A stretch of 64,000 nt of DNA. It comes from Thermovirgaceae bacterium. GTDB lineage: Bacteria; Synergistota; Synergistia; Synergistales; Thermovirgaceae. The notes under the pieces are model-generated. The model was given only the letters and a program-made list of their open reading frames with translations. It ran no database searches and was not told the origin of the DNA. The translations under genes and the position numbers were made by a program. The stretch covers positions 52,701 through 116,700 of the forward strand of contig JAXGNU010000005.1 of the NCBI GenBank assembly GCA_040767805.1, in the 5' to 3' direction. Below are positions 55,245 through 64,000 of the stretch, piece by piece. Numbering within the stretch: position 1 is the stretch's first letter; the number at the start of each line of letters is the position of its first letter.

Positions 55245-56492
55245 TTACCCTTTCGCTTTCTGGCTGTCGATGGCCGTCACGGCGTGGTAAAGCAGTTCTA
55301 CGCCCTTTTGCAGGTCCTCGTAATCGGTCCATTCCTCCGGGCAGTGGCTCCTGCCTCCCCTGCTCGGGACGAAGATCATCCCCGTGGGGAAAAAGGGGGC
55401 CATTATCATGGCGTCGTGTCCCGCCCCGCTGCTCATGGTCCGCCAGGAAAAGCCCAGCCCGTCGGCCTGGTCCTGGAGCACCCGGCGTATCCCCTCGTCC
55501 AGTTCCACCGGTTCGACTTCGAGAAGCTGCTCCACCCGGTAGGCCGTCCCGTCGGCGGCGGCCCTCTCGTCCAGGTCCCTCCTGACCCTGTCCTTGACCG
55601 CCTTGATCGACAGGGTGTCGAGGGAGCGGATATCCACGGTGAATTCGACCTCGCCGGGGACCACGTTCGCGGCCCCGGGCCTCACGACGAGGGAACCCAC
55701 CGTCGTCACGGCGTCTCCGCCCTGTTCCGCGGCGAAGGATGGGATCCTCCCGATGACGACCGCCGCCGTCTTGAGGGCGTCGAGCCTCATGTCCATGGGG
55801 GTCGTCCCGGCGTGGTCCGGCCTCCCTTCGACGGTCACCCGGGTGAGGTCGGTGCCCACGATGCTCGTGACGATGCCCAGTTCGAAGCCCTCCCTTTCCA
55901 GCACGGGGCCCTGCTCAATGTGCATTTCCAGGAAGGCCCGCACTTCCCCCGGCTTTCTCCTCGCTTCGGCGATCCTCGCGGGGTCGAACCCGAAGCGGGT
56001 CAAGGCCTCGGCCAGGGTGACCCCGCCCTCGTCCTTGCGCTGTTCCAGTTCCTCCCGGGCGATCCCAAGGGTCATGGCGCGGCTTGAGAGGAAGCCGGCC
56101 CCGAAGCGCCCCCCTTCCTCCTCGATCATGGCTATCATCTCGACGGGGTGGGCCGTACGCACGCCCCTTTCCTCCAGGCAGCGGAGTACTTCCAGCGCCG
56201 CCACCACCCCGGCCTGCCCGTCGAAGTTGCCTCCGTGCCGCACGGAGTCGAAGTGGGAGCCCATCATGATGGGCGGGAGGGAAGGGTTGCCGCCCTCCCT
56301 TCTCCCGACGAGGTTCGCGGCGGCGTCTTCGTAGACATAGACCCCAAGTTCCCTAAGGCGCTCGGACAGGTAGTCCCGGGCTCCACGGTCCTCGGGCGTC
56401 AGGGAAAAGCGGGTGAGACCCTTCCCCGGGGTCGCGTTGAAGAGGGCCAGGTTTTCCAGGTCCTTCCGGATCCTGTCGAGGTCCGTCTTCAC
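55245..56492 (-). CDS. M20-family amidase (N-carbamoyl-amino-acid / allantoate amidohydrolase type)
   Basis: 415 aa. GSHFDSV..GG.FDG, MIEEEG and HCPEE motifs typical of the AmaB/AllC clade. GTG start. Confidence 0.85.
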   Translation of the reverse strand: MKTDLDRIRKDLENLALFNATPGKGLTRFSLTPEDRGARDYLSERLRELGVYVYEDAAANLVGRREGGNPSLPPIMMGSHFDSVRHGGNFDGQAGVVAALEVLRCLEERGVRTAHPVEMIAMIEEEGGRFGAGFLSSRAMTLGIAREELEQRKDEGGVTLAEALTRFGFDPARIAEARRKPGEVRAFLEMHIEQGPVLEREGFELGIVTSIVGTDLTRVTVEGRPDHAGTTPMDMRLDALKTAAVVIGRIPSFAAEQGGDAVTTVGSLVVRPGAANVVPGEVEFTVDIRSLDTLSIKAVKDRVRRDLDERAAADGTAYRVEQLLEVEPVELDEGIRRVLQDQADGLGFSWRTMSSGAGHDAMIMAPFFPTGMIFVPSRGGRSHCPEEWTDYEDLQKGVELLYHAVTAIDSQKAKG

Positions 56493-57079
56493 GAGGCTTC
56501 CTCCTCTCCCGCCCCGGGCAGCAACTCGCCGCTGATGGTCTCCCTATCCCGTAAGGATACCAGGACACGGCGGGCGAGGTTCCTGCAAAGATCCAGGAAG
56601 ATGCCGTAGGGGCGGCCGGCAAGGGAAAATATCAGCGACATGAAGGCCGAGGAAACCGCTATCTGCTTCCAGGTCGCCCCTGCGAAGAGGAGGACGATGA
56701 CATAAAGGGGCACCTGGAAGATGACGAAGGCCAGGGTGTCGCCCCCGATCATTTTCAGGGGCATTGTCCGGTCGATCCCCAGGAAGGTGAAAAGCCTGTC
56801 CCTGAACCAGCCGTAAGGCCTCCCGGTGACCAGGTTGACCGGTATGGCGGCGATCCTCGCCTGGACGGACTGGAAAAAGGTGAGCCTGGCGATGAAGATC
56901 TCGATCATCATGCACAGGGCCGTGGAGAAGATCATCATGGCCGTGATATCGGCGGCGGCCATGACGAGCCTGTCGCGCCTTTCACCCCGCCTGATGGTCC
57001 CATCCGACAAGGCATCCCGCCCCCTTCTCGCCCGCCGACGGGCCGGCTCTTCAAGACGCGCCGGCCGGTCGACCAACAA
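56489..57079 (-). CDS. alaE: L-alanine exporter AlaE family protein
   Basis: AAADITAMMIFSTALCMMIEIFIARLTFFQSVQARIAAIPVNLVTGRPYGWFRD aligns by eye with E. coli AlaE ([54 protein letters not shown]). The N-terminal start is uncertain. Confidence 0.8.
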   Translation of the reverse strand: MLVDRPARLEEPARRRARRGRDALSDGTIRRGERRDRLVMAAADITAMMIFSTALCMMIEIFIARLTFFQSVQARIAAIPVNLVTGRPYGWFRDRLFTFLGIDRTMPLKMIGGDTLAFVIFQVPLYVIVLLFAGATWKQIAVSSAFMSLIFSLAGRPYGIFLDLCRNLARRVLVSLRDRETISGELLPGAGEEEAS

Positions 57080-57220
57080 TTTTTAAATACTATATGAAAA
57101 ACCCTCGAAGGGCCAGTCTTCCGGCGTTGCGGCGCCGAAGGTCCGTTTCGATGGGGTGAGCCTGGTGCTATGATAACAGGGTAAATATCCCCGATCCGGA
57201 CAGGAAAGGAGCTGGAGGAG

Positions 57221-57688
57221 TTGGCGAAAAGGTCGTTTTCCTCCTGGACCGTCCTTTTTTTACTTCTCGTCTCCTTCAATGCCGCCCAGGCCCAGGATCT
57301 TTCCGGTTACTGGGATGTCAAGGTGCAAGGCGCCGATCATTTCACCGACAGGGAACCCTCCCAGGTGCCCATCGCTGAGACGGAGACCTTCATGCAGATC
57401 GACCGCGACAACGGGAAGGTGGTGATCACCTTCGGCGGTTTCGGGGGGGTCCACTCCGCCACGATCTTCAAGGGGGCGGCGGGAGAGGACCGCTTCGTGG
57501 CGACCTGGTGGTACGAGGCCTACCCCTACGAGACCAAGGTCCTCACGGGGCTGTACGAACCTTCCAGCGGCAAGCTAAGGGGGAGGATGATCTACCCCAG
57601 GGTCTCCGACAGGCCCGGGATTGCGCCGGGCTGGGTGGATGTCGAATACGTGGCTACCAGGAGGACCGTCATGGCGCCCAGCCGTTGA
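57221..57688 (+). CDS. hypothetical secreted protein
   Basis: 155 aa with a signal peptide ending AQAQD. No recognised domain. Confidence 0.55.
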   Translation: MAKRSFSSWTVLFLLLVSFNAAQAQDLSGYWDVKVQGADHFTDREPSQVPIAETETFMQIDRDNGKVVITFGGFGGVHSATIFKGAAGEDRFVATWWYEAYPYETKVLTGLYEPSSGKLRGRMIYPRVSDRPGIAPGWVDVEYVATRRTVMAPSR

Positions 57689-57707
57689 GACCGGTCATCC
57701 ACGCCGT

Positions 57708-58910
57708 TCAAATGATAATGTTCCTCCTCCGGGCCATTTCGAGGACCCTCTCCTCGAGATCCGGGCCTTCCAGTTCGGCAGCGACATCCTTAAGAAGAAG
57801 GGGGATATCGAGGCCCTGGGGGCATTTCCCCAGGCACTGCCCGCACTCGACGCACTGGGAGGCGAAACCGCTCCCGCTCCTCTGCAAAACGCCGCTCATC
57901 CTCATCACGTAAGAGTCCTTGCCCCCCTCGAGGTCGCCGAAGAGGTGGACCCTGTCGAAGACCTCGAAGCAAGCGGGGATGTTAACCCCCGCGGGGCAGG
58001 GCATGCAGTAACCGCATCCGGAACAGCCGACCTTCATCAACTCCCTGTACCGGGCGGCTGCCCGCTTGACGAGGCCCCTTTCTCCGGGGGTCAGCGAATT
58101 GGGCAGGGCTTCGCCGGCTGTCCCCAGGTTCTCCTCTATGTGGGCTTCATCGTTCATGCCCGAGAGGACCATGACGACGCCGGGATGGTCCCAGACCCAG
58201 CGCAGGGCCCATTCGGCGGGGGTTCTCTTCAAGGGGGCCTCATCCCACAGGGCGGCGATCGGGGGCGGCGCCCCGGGCAAGCCCAGGTTCCCTCCCCGGA
58301 GGGGTTCCATGACGAAGACCCCCAGGCCCTTCGAGGCGGCGTACTCGAGCCCCCTGGTGCCGGCCTGGTTCTCCTCGTCCAGGTAGTTGTACTGGATGAG
58401 GCAGCATTCCCAGGGGTAGGCGTCGACGATGGGGGCGAAATCCGTCCCGAGGCCGTGGAAGGAGAATCCCGCGTTCACGATCCGGCCGTCGGCCTTGGCC
58501 CTGTCGAGGAAATCCCTTGCGCCGAGGGCGTCGAGGCGTTCCCATAGTGGCCCGGTGAGGGTGTGCAGGAGGTAGTAGTCGATGCGGTCTGTCTGGAGTT
58601 TCTCCAGTTGGGCCTCCAGGAAGCGGTCCATGTCGCTCCGGGACTTCACCAGGAAGGAGGGCAGCTTCGTGGCCAGCCTCACCCTCTCCCGGTAGCCGTC
58701 CCGGAGGGCCCTCCCGAGGAAGCTCTCGCTCTCCCCCCCGTGGTAGGTCCAGGCGGTGTCGATATAGTTGACGCCCCTGTCAATGGCGTACCGGACCTGG
58801 GCGGCGGCCCGCTCCTCGTCGATACGGCCTTCCTTCGTCGGGAGGCGCATGCACCCGAACCCCAGTATGGACAGTTCATCGCCCGTTTTCGGCACTTTGC
58901 GGTAGAGCAT
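57708..58910 (-). CDS. aldo/keto reductase with C-terminal 4Fe-4S ferredoxin-type domain
   Basis: LGFGCMRLP and GVNYIDTA (AKR motifs). CSGCGYCMPCP and C..CG.C...CP cysteine clusters. ATG 58910 follows AAGAGGTGA. Confidence 0.85.
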   Translation of the reverse strand: MLYRKVPKTGDELSILGFGCMRLPTKEGRIDEERAAAQVRYAIDRGVNYIDTAWTYHGGESESFLGRALRDGYRERVRLATKLPSFLVKSRSDMDRFLEAQLEKLQTDRIDYYLLHTLTGPLWERLDALGARDFLDRAKADGRIVNAGFSFHGLGTDFAPIVDAYPWECCLIQYNYLDEENQAGTRGLEYAASKGLGVFVMEPLRGGNLGLPGAPPPIAALWDEAPLKRTPAEWALRWVWDHPGVVMVLSGMNDEAHIEENLGTAGEALPNSLTPGERGLVKRAAARYRELMKVGCSGCGYCMPCPAGVNIPACFEVFDRVHLFGDLEGGKDSYVMRMSGVLQRSGSGFASQCVECGQCLGKCPQGLDIPLLLKDVAAELEGPDLEERVLEMARRRNIII

Positions 58911-58987
58911 CGCAAGGATCACCTCTTCCTGGAGAGCCGCCGAAGCCGCTCCCCCGGCGTTTCAGTCTCTTCGATTTAAGGTTTCAA

Positions 58988-59707
58988 TCATTCTTGGGGG
59001 TCTAGTCCACTTGGAGCAGGCGCCTTTCCGTTTTCTAGGATTTTCCAGAGGCTGTCCATGATGTGCTCCTGCATTAGGTCCCTTGCGCCTTTTGGATCCT
59101 TGTTCTTGATCTTGTCCAGGATCTCGGCGTGTTCGAGGGAAAATTTGCGGCGGTCCTCTATAGGCCATTCCTTGAATTTTTTTCTCTGAATCGAAATCTC
59201 CGCCCTGATCGAGTTGTAAAGCTGGATCAGGAGCTTGTTGCCCGAGAGTTTCACTATGGTGTCATGAAACCTGGCGTGAAGGTCAACATCAGGTTCCGGC
59301 AGGAGCTCGTCCTCCTTGAGGATTGCCTCCAGTTCAGAGATCGTTTCTTTTGTCGCTCGCTCGGAAGCCCAGTAGGCCGCCTGGGCTTCAATAAGAAGAC
59401 GGACCTCCATCAGCTCGATGAGTGAGGATCGTCCCGAAATGAGCTTGACAAGCTCTGTGTTGTGGATATTCCTCAAAGCATTGGGGGAGAGAAAAGTACC
59501 GTTGCCTGGACGGGGCTCGACTATCCCGAAGAAGGCGAGGGATTTCATTACTTCCCTGATCGAGTTGCGGCTCACCTGGAACTCTGAAGCCAACGCGCTC
59601 TCTCCAGGCATGCGGCTGCCTGGTTCCCAGTAACCTCTTTCAATGGCGGTCAACATCTGCGTCAGGACCGATTCGTAAAGGGTTGAACGCACAACCGGTT
59701 TGATCAT
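58988..59707 (-). CDS. GntR-family transcriptional regulator (FCD subfamily)
   Basis: ESALASEFQVSRNSIREVMKSL HTH plus a helical FCD-like C-terminus. Visibly lower GC than the core. Confidence 0.85.
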   Translation of the reverse strand: MIKPVVRSTLYESVLTQMLTAIERGYWEPGSRMPGESALASEFQVSRNSIREVMKSLAFFGIVEPRPGNGTFLSPNALRNIHNTELVKLISGRSSLIELMEVRLLIEAQAAYWASERATKETISELEAILKEDELLPEPDVDLHARFHDTIVKLSGNKLLIQLYNSIRAEISIQRKKFKEWPIEDRRKFSLEHAEILDKIKNKDPKGARDLMQEHIMDSLWKILENGKAPAPSGLDPQE

Positions 59708-59825
59708 TTCCTATCCTCTTTCTCTTGTTTTGTCGTTTGCTCCCAACGAGGGGGGGGAATCCCAAAAAGGGTAATCCATTCTTTTTCTCAAAATTATGGA
59801 ATCTCTGAAAAAGTCCTCTAGAAAC

Positions 59826-61027
59826 GGACCTTGACCTAGTAAAATATGGTTGTGACAGCCTTGGTTTGTCCATTCCAGCCTTCTGTACGACCATACCATC
59901 CTTTGAGGGAGCTGATCCCGCATGAAGAGCCAGAAGAGCCTTGCCAACGCCGTGACCTTCGAGAAGTTTAAAAAGACCACAAGGCGCGAGCAATTTCTGG
60001 CCGAGATGGAACAGGTCGTCCCCTGGAAGGAACTTTGCGCCCTCATTGAACCTTACTACCCCAAGCTGGGAAGGGGTAGACCTCCCATAGGACTGGAACG
60101 GATGCTTCGGATCCATTTCCTGCAGAGTTGGTTCAACCTCAGCGACCCCGGAGCCGAAGAAGCGCTCTACGATATGGAATCCATGAGGCGATTTGTTGGG
60201 ATAGACCTCGGCAACGAGCCTGTACCGGACGAAACGACGATCTGCAAGTTCCGCCACCTTCTCGAGGCCCATGACCTTGGCAAGATGATCTTCAGGGAGG
60301 TCAACGCCCACCTTGAATCAAGAGGTATGAGGCTCTCCGAGGGTACCATCGTTGATGCCACCATCATCAACGCTCCGTCTTCGACGAAGAACAAAGAGAA
60401 GAAGCGGGACCCAGAAATGCACTCCACGAAGAAAGGCAACCAGTTCTACTTCGGCATGAAGATCCACATAGGTGTCGACAAAGCCACTAAACTGGCCCAC
60501 AGCCTTGTCACTACGCCTGCCAACGTGCACGACTCGCATCTCATCGGCGAACTTCTTCATGGGGGAGAAAGCGGAGTATGGGGCGACTCGGCCTACATGG
60601 GCAAGACGGAAGAGATCAACGACAAGGCTCCCATGGCCTCGGATAACACGAACAAAAGGTCCACCAGAAACAGGAAGCTCACGGAAGAGGAGAAGGAAAG
60701 GAACAAGATGCTTTCCAAGACCCGCGTTCGGGTAGAACACGTCTTCGGTGTGGTCAAGAACGTATTCGGATACAGGAAGGTTCGCTACAAGGGTCTTGCG
60801 AAGAACACCAATGGCATCCATGTTCTCTTTGCTTTGTCTAACCTTTACATGGTCAGGAGGGAACTGCTCTCGCTCCTGGCAGGGGTGTAGTGTCCCTGGA
60901 TATGGGGAGAAAGGCCAGAAAAGGAAGCAAAAGGGGCGATACAATCCTCCGAAGGCCTTGAAATGATCTTCTTAAGACCGGAATAGCCTGACTTATCCAC
61001 AGGAAACGGATTCGGTTGTCAAGGTCC
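59826..61027 (+). mobile_element. IS5-family insertion sequence (boundaries approximate)
   Basis: GGACCTTGAC at 59826-59835 is inverted at 61018-61027, about 1.2 kb apart, enclosing an intact transposase. A second similar copy (agaccttgatag, 61041-61052 reverse) makes the right end ambiguous. Confidence 0.6.
59922..60890 (+). CDS. IS5-family DDE transposase (intact)
   Basis: 322 aa. DUF4096/DDE_Tnp_1 pattern: GRPP.GLERMLRIHFLQ.WFNLSD, VDATII.A, GDSAY, SKTRVRVEHVFG..K. Confidence 0.92.
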   Translation: MKSQKSLANAVTFEKFKKTTRREQFLAEMEQVVPWKELCALIEPYYPKLGRGRPPIGLERMLRIHFLQSWFNLSDPGAEEALYDMESMRRFVGIDLGNEPVPDETTICKFRHLLEAHDLGKMIFREVNAHLESRGMRLSEGTIVDATIINAPSSTKNKEKKRDPEMHSTKKGNQFYFGMKIHIGVDKATKLAHSLVTTPANVHDSHLIGELLHGGESGVWGDSAYMGKTEEINDKAPMASDNTNKRSTRNRKLTEEEKERNKMLSKTRVRVEHVFGVVKNVFGYRKVRYKGLAKNTNGIHVLFALSNLYMVRRELLSLLAGV

Positions 61028-61058
61028 CAATGTTGCAACTATCAAGGTCTTTTGTTCA

Positions 61059-62034
61059 GAGGTTCCTTATATATTAGAGCCCGTCAATGCTCCAATTTTA
61101 ATAAAGGGTGATTGCACCCTATTTGGCACTGGTATTAGGATGGTGCCATGGACCTCAAAGCCTATGAACACTTGATCCGTACCGAGTCTGCAGCCAGGAA
61201 ATTCATGTTGGGATTTTGCTGGAAAAACCAACAAAGATTTTGTCCTAAATGCAGACAAAGAAAACTTTACAGGCTTACTGACGGTAGACGTCGATGCTCC
61301 CGTTGCGGTTATACCTTCCACGACTTCTCCGGAAGGTGGATTAATCTGGTTGACCTTGACTGCGGACAGTGGCTTCGGCTAATAAAGCTCTTCGAGCTGG
61401 AGCTTTCATCCCGAAAGATCGCCCAACAGCTGTCCGTTTCATACAAGGTCGCCCACAGGGCTGTAATGGTTCTTAGAGGGGCCATAATGGCCCATGCACC
61501 CGACGCCCAAAAACTTCTGGGCGGCGAGGTGGAAATAGATGAATCCTATTTCGGCGGCAAACGTAAAGGCAAACGCGGCCGCGGCGCCTCCGGCAAGGTC
61601 CCGGTCTTCGGCATCCTGGAAAGGGACGGACTTGTTCACGTGGAGGCCGTCCCGAACGTAAGGGCCGAAACGCTCCTTGGCATGACCATCAAGAAGGTGC
61701 GCCGCGGAAGCATAGTCTACACGGACAAGTTCAAGGTCTACGATTCCCTTATGTTCTGCGGATACAGGCACCTCAAGGTGGATCACGGCAAAAGGGTCTA
61801 TGCCAGCGGCAAAGTCTACATCAACGGCCTGGAAGGCTTCTGGAGCTTTGCCAAGGAACGCCTTATCAAGCACCATGGTGTTTCAAGGACCTGGTTCCCT
61901 TATTACCTGAAAGAACTCGAGTTCCGGTACAATAACCGACGAAACGAAATATTCAATGTTCTCTGTCAGTATATATGTGACTTTACACCTCTTGTGCCAG
62001 ATAGGGAGTAATCACCTAATAAAGAGGTCCTCCC
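61059..62034 (+). mobile_element. IS1595-family insertion sequence (boundaries tentative)
   Basis: Weak inverted similarity between gaggttccttatatatta (61059-61076) and the reverse complement of 62017-62034 (gggaggacctctttatta). Encloses an intact transposase. Confidence 0.4.
61148..62011 (+). CDS. IS1595-family transposase (intact)
   Basis: N-terminal zinc ribbon CPKC...C.RCG, then the ISXO2-like DDE region (EIDESYFGG.RKGKRGRGA..K..VFG, YTD....Y). Confidence 0.9.
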   Translation: MDLKAYEHLIRTESAARKFMLGFCWKNQQRFCPKCRQRKLYRLTDGRRRCSRCGYTFHDFSGRWINLVDLDCGQWLRLIKLFELELSSRKIAQQLSVSYKVAHRAVMVLRGAIMAHAPDAQKLLGGEVEIDESYFGGKRKGKRGRGASGKVPVFGILERDGLVHVEAVPNVRAETLLGMTIKKVRRGSIVYTDKFKVYDSLMFCGYRHLKVDHGKRVYASGKVYINGLEGFWSFAKERLIKHHGVSRTWFPYYLKELEFRYNNRRNEIFNVLCQYICDFTPLVPDRE

Positions 62035-62126
62035 TCCCCCTCGCCCCTTTTTAGCTGATATCCCCCCTCACGTAGGATTATATTGACAGCAGTATGCCCA
62101 TTTGTTACTCTATTTGAGCACTGTGA

Positions 62127-62147
62127 ATTATCCTACAATAGGATAAT
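62127..62147. promoter_or_regulatory. perfect palindromic operator candidate upstream of TRAP QM
   Basis: ATTATCCTA-caa-TAGGATAAT with 9-bp arms. Lies downstream of TTGACA (62085-62090), a 17-nt spacer and TACTCT. Confidence 0.5.
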
Positions 62148-62214
62148 AATATTATCAAGGTAGGGAGAATGATTCATCGCTTTCGCTCAATCTTAACCAA
62201 GGGGGAGGGAAATC

Positions 62215-62736
62215 ATGACTGCAAAAGACGTTGTGAAAAGGCTTTGGTCAATGCTATACGAAATTCAGGGGTTTGTGTTGTTCATACTGATGCTTGGCGT
62301 AACGGTCCTCGTCTTTGTGCAGGTAATCATGCGGTATGTTCTTCATGCTCCTCTCATGGGCATTGAGGAACTGTTGCTTTTCCCGGCAATATGGCTCTAC
62401 CTCCTGGGAGGAGCAAGCGCTTCTATGGAAAGGACCCATATAGAGTGCAATGTGATCAATGTTTACGTGAAGGGTCCCCTCGCGCTCAAATTACTGGAGA
62501 TCCTGAAATCGTCCATCTCCCTGGGCGTATGCTTGTGGCTCACCTATTGGGCCTTTGAATACTTGCAGTATTCGTTGAGAGTTTGGAAACTCAGTAACCT
62601 CCTTTACATCCCCCTCTTCTTTGGCGAAAGCGCCCTCTTCATCTGTCTTACCCTTATGGCGGTTTACACCGCCGTGGAACTTGGAGACGACTTCCTTGGC
62701 CTCAGGGCTGCTTTAAAAAGCGAGGAGGCGGAATAG
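62215..62736 (+). CDS. TRAP transporter small permease (DctQ family)
   Basis: 173 aa, four TM helices, directly followed by a DctM gene. Confidence 0.8.
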   Translation: MTAKDVVKRLWSMLYEIQGFVLFILMLGVTVLVFVQVIMRYVLHAPLMGIEELLLFPAIWLYLLGGASASMERTHIECNVINVYVKGPLALKLLEILKSSISLGVCLWLTYWAFEYLQYSLRVWKLSNLLYIPLFFGESALFICLTLMAVYTAVELGDDFLGLRAALKSEEAE

Positions 62737-62738
62737 CC

Positions 62739-64000
62739 ATGAGTCTCACGACAGTAATACTTCTCGATGTTCTGATCCTTATCCTTCTTTTGATCTTGAG
62801 TGTTCCACTGCCCTTCTGTTTTGGAGGCGCCCTGCTTTTTTTGACCCTATTCGGGAACGTGTCCATGGCCAGCATGATGATGTGGGGATTCAACCAGATG
62901 ATAGCCATGGTCCTCTTGGCCAGTCCCCTTTTCATTTTCGCCGGGCTACTCATGGCTAACAGCGGGATTGCTGACACGCTTTTAGATTTCGTGGATTTGT
63001 TCGTAGGAAGGATCAAGGGAGGATTGGGTGTCGTCAGTACAGTAACCTGCGCCATAATCGGGGCCATTTCGGGCAGCGGCTTTACCGGCGTAGCGGCCAC
63101 CGGGCCCATAATGGTTCCCCGGATGGTGGCCCAGGGTTACCCCAGGGGTTACGCCACGGCCCTGGTTACTGTTTCCTCCATCCTGGGACTACTGATACCG
63201 CCGAGTGTGACCATGATCATCTTCGGATGGATTACGGAGACATCGATCCTGGCCTGTTTCCTTTCCACGGTGGGGCCAGGGCTCCTGATCACCCTATCTC
63301 TATCGATCGTCAACCTCGTATGGGTCCGCAAGATGCCCGGTATTATCCTGGAAGACCTCGAGACGCATAAACAAAGAAGAAAGGAAATGCCCGCCCGTTT
63401 CTCCAAGGCCATCCCGGCCCTTTCTATTCCCTTCGTGATCTTGGGGGGGATTTACGGTGGAGTTTTTACTCCCACCGAAGCGGCCGCCGTGGCCGCGATC
63501 CTGGCCCTGCCGATAGGGTTCTGGGTGTACAAGGGGCTGAACCTCAAGAATTTCATCCCCCTCGTGAGAGAATCGGCAACGTCCGTAGGGGCCATTATGA
63601 CGATGATCCTTTTCACCCTGATCCTGAGCCAGACCTTCGTCATGCTCAGGGTTCCCCAAATGCTTGTACAAGTGGTGTTCCGTTTAACGGAGAACTACTG
63701 GCTGATCCTTTTCCTCATCAATATTTTTCTCTTCTTTGTAGGGATGATAGTCAATGACATTACGGGGATAATCCTGATCGCCCCTCTCCTTCTCCCCCTT
63801 GTCCGGGAGATGGGTATGAACCCGATCCAACTCGCGGCCATCATGGGAACCAACCTCGCCATGGGCGGTGTGACGCCTCCTTATGCCAGCATCCTCTATC
63901 TTGGGATGAGGGTAGGCAAATGTGAATTCACCGACATCTTCAAGCCGACCATGATTTTTTTGATCGTTGCCTATATCCCCATCATCTTCCTAACGACCTA
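62739..64000 (+). CDS. TRAP transporter large permease (DctM family), 3' end beyond the window
   Basis: Not in the ORF track because it runs off the window. Own translation from ATG 62739 (after GAGGAGG): MSLTTVILLDVLILILLLILSVPLPFCFGGALLF...GRIKGGLGVVSTVTCAIIGAISGSGF...GGVTPPYASILYLG. Open frame to 64000. Confidence 0.85.
   Translation, partial: MSLTTVILLDVLILILLLILSVPLPFCFGGALLFLTLFGNVSMASMMMWGFNQMIAMVLLASPLFIFAGLLMANSGIADTLLDFVDLFVGRIKGGLGVVSTVTCAIIGAISGSGFTGVAATGPIMVPRMVAQGYPRGYATALVTVSSILGLLIPPSVTMIIFGWITETSILACFLSTVGPGLLITLSLSIVNLVWVRKMPGIILEDLETHKQRRKEMPARFSKAIPALSIPFVILGGIYGGVFTPTEAAAVAAILALPIGFWVYKGLNLKNFIPLVRESATSVGAIMTMILFTLILSQTFVMLRVPQMLVQVVFRLTENYWLILFLINIFLFFVGMIVNDITGIILIAPLLLPLVREMGMNPIQLAAIMGTNLAMGGVTPPYASILYLGMRVGKCEFTDIFKPTMIFLIVAYIPIIFLTT

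Noticed and set aside
60993-61001. Perfect TTATCCACA DnaA box.
   Set aside because: It is a single isolated box lying inside the right end of the IS5-family element, so it is most likely coincidental and not part of the host replication circuitry.

Overview
GC-rich bacterial chromosome segment centred on the replication origin. The minus strand carries dnaA-dnaN-recF-mnmG-DUF721(DciA-like) at 19.8-13.7 kb. DnaA-box clusters sit on both sides of dnaA, and a further four-box cluster lies 7 kb away. rsmG-parA-parB (28.3-30.7 kb) is bracketed by two identical perfect parS palindromes. An AsmA/TamB-family protein and many signal peptides indicate a diderm. The gene content (three TRAP systems, three RidA paralogs, amino-acid enzymes) would fit an amino-acid fermenter such as Synergistota, but the taxon cannot be established from sequence alone. 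Other core genes: xthA, SLT transglycosylase, SIMPL protein, DHH phosphoesterase, MGDG-synthase-like glycosyltransferase, PLP dehydratase, thermonuclease, PPC protein, HIT, YigZ, divergent ATP-PEPCK, a serC-like/serA/histidine-phosphatase operon, proC, a carbamoylase coupled to alaE, and an Fe-S aldo-keto reductase. Accessory content: (i) an AT-rich island (about 2.0-9.3 kb) with an IlvD/Edd-family dehydratase, an OCD-family enzyme, a two-Cys racemase and TRAP genes, bounded by transposase wrecks including an IS256-like element nested in an IS1182-like gene; (ii) a 37.7-49 kb GntR-linked catabolic locus of unknown substrate; (iii) an OmpR/HAMP two-component system next to a secreted LTXXQ-motif protein with about 14-16 tandem 27-bp repeats; (iv) a lower-GC right end with intact IS5- and IS1595-family elements and a TRAP QM pair. 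Two terminator-bearing 5' leaders (serine operon, proC) look like unclassified attenuators. Most long alternative-frame ORFs in the track are artefacts of the high GC content. All compositional statements are by eye, not computed.
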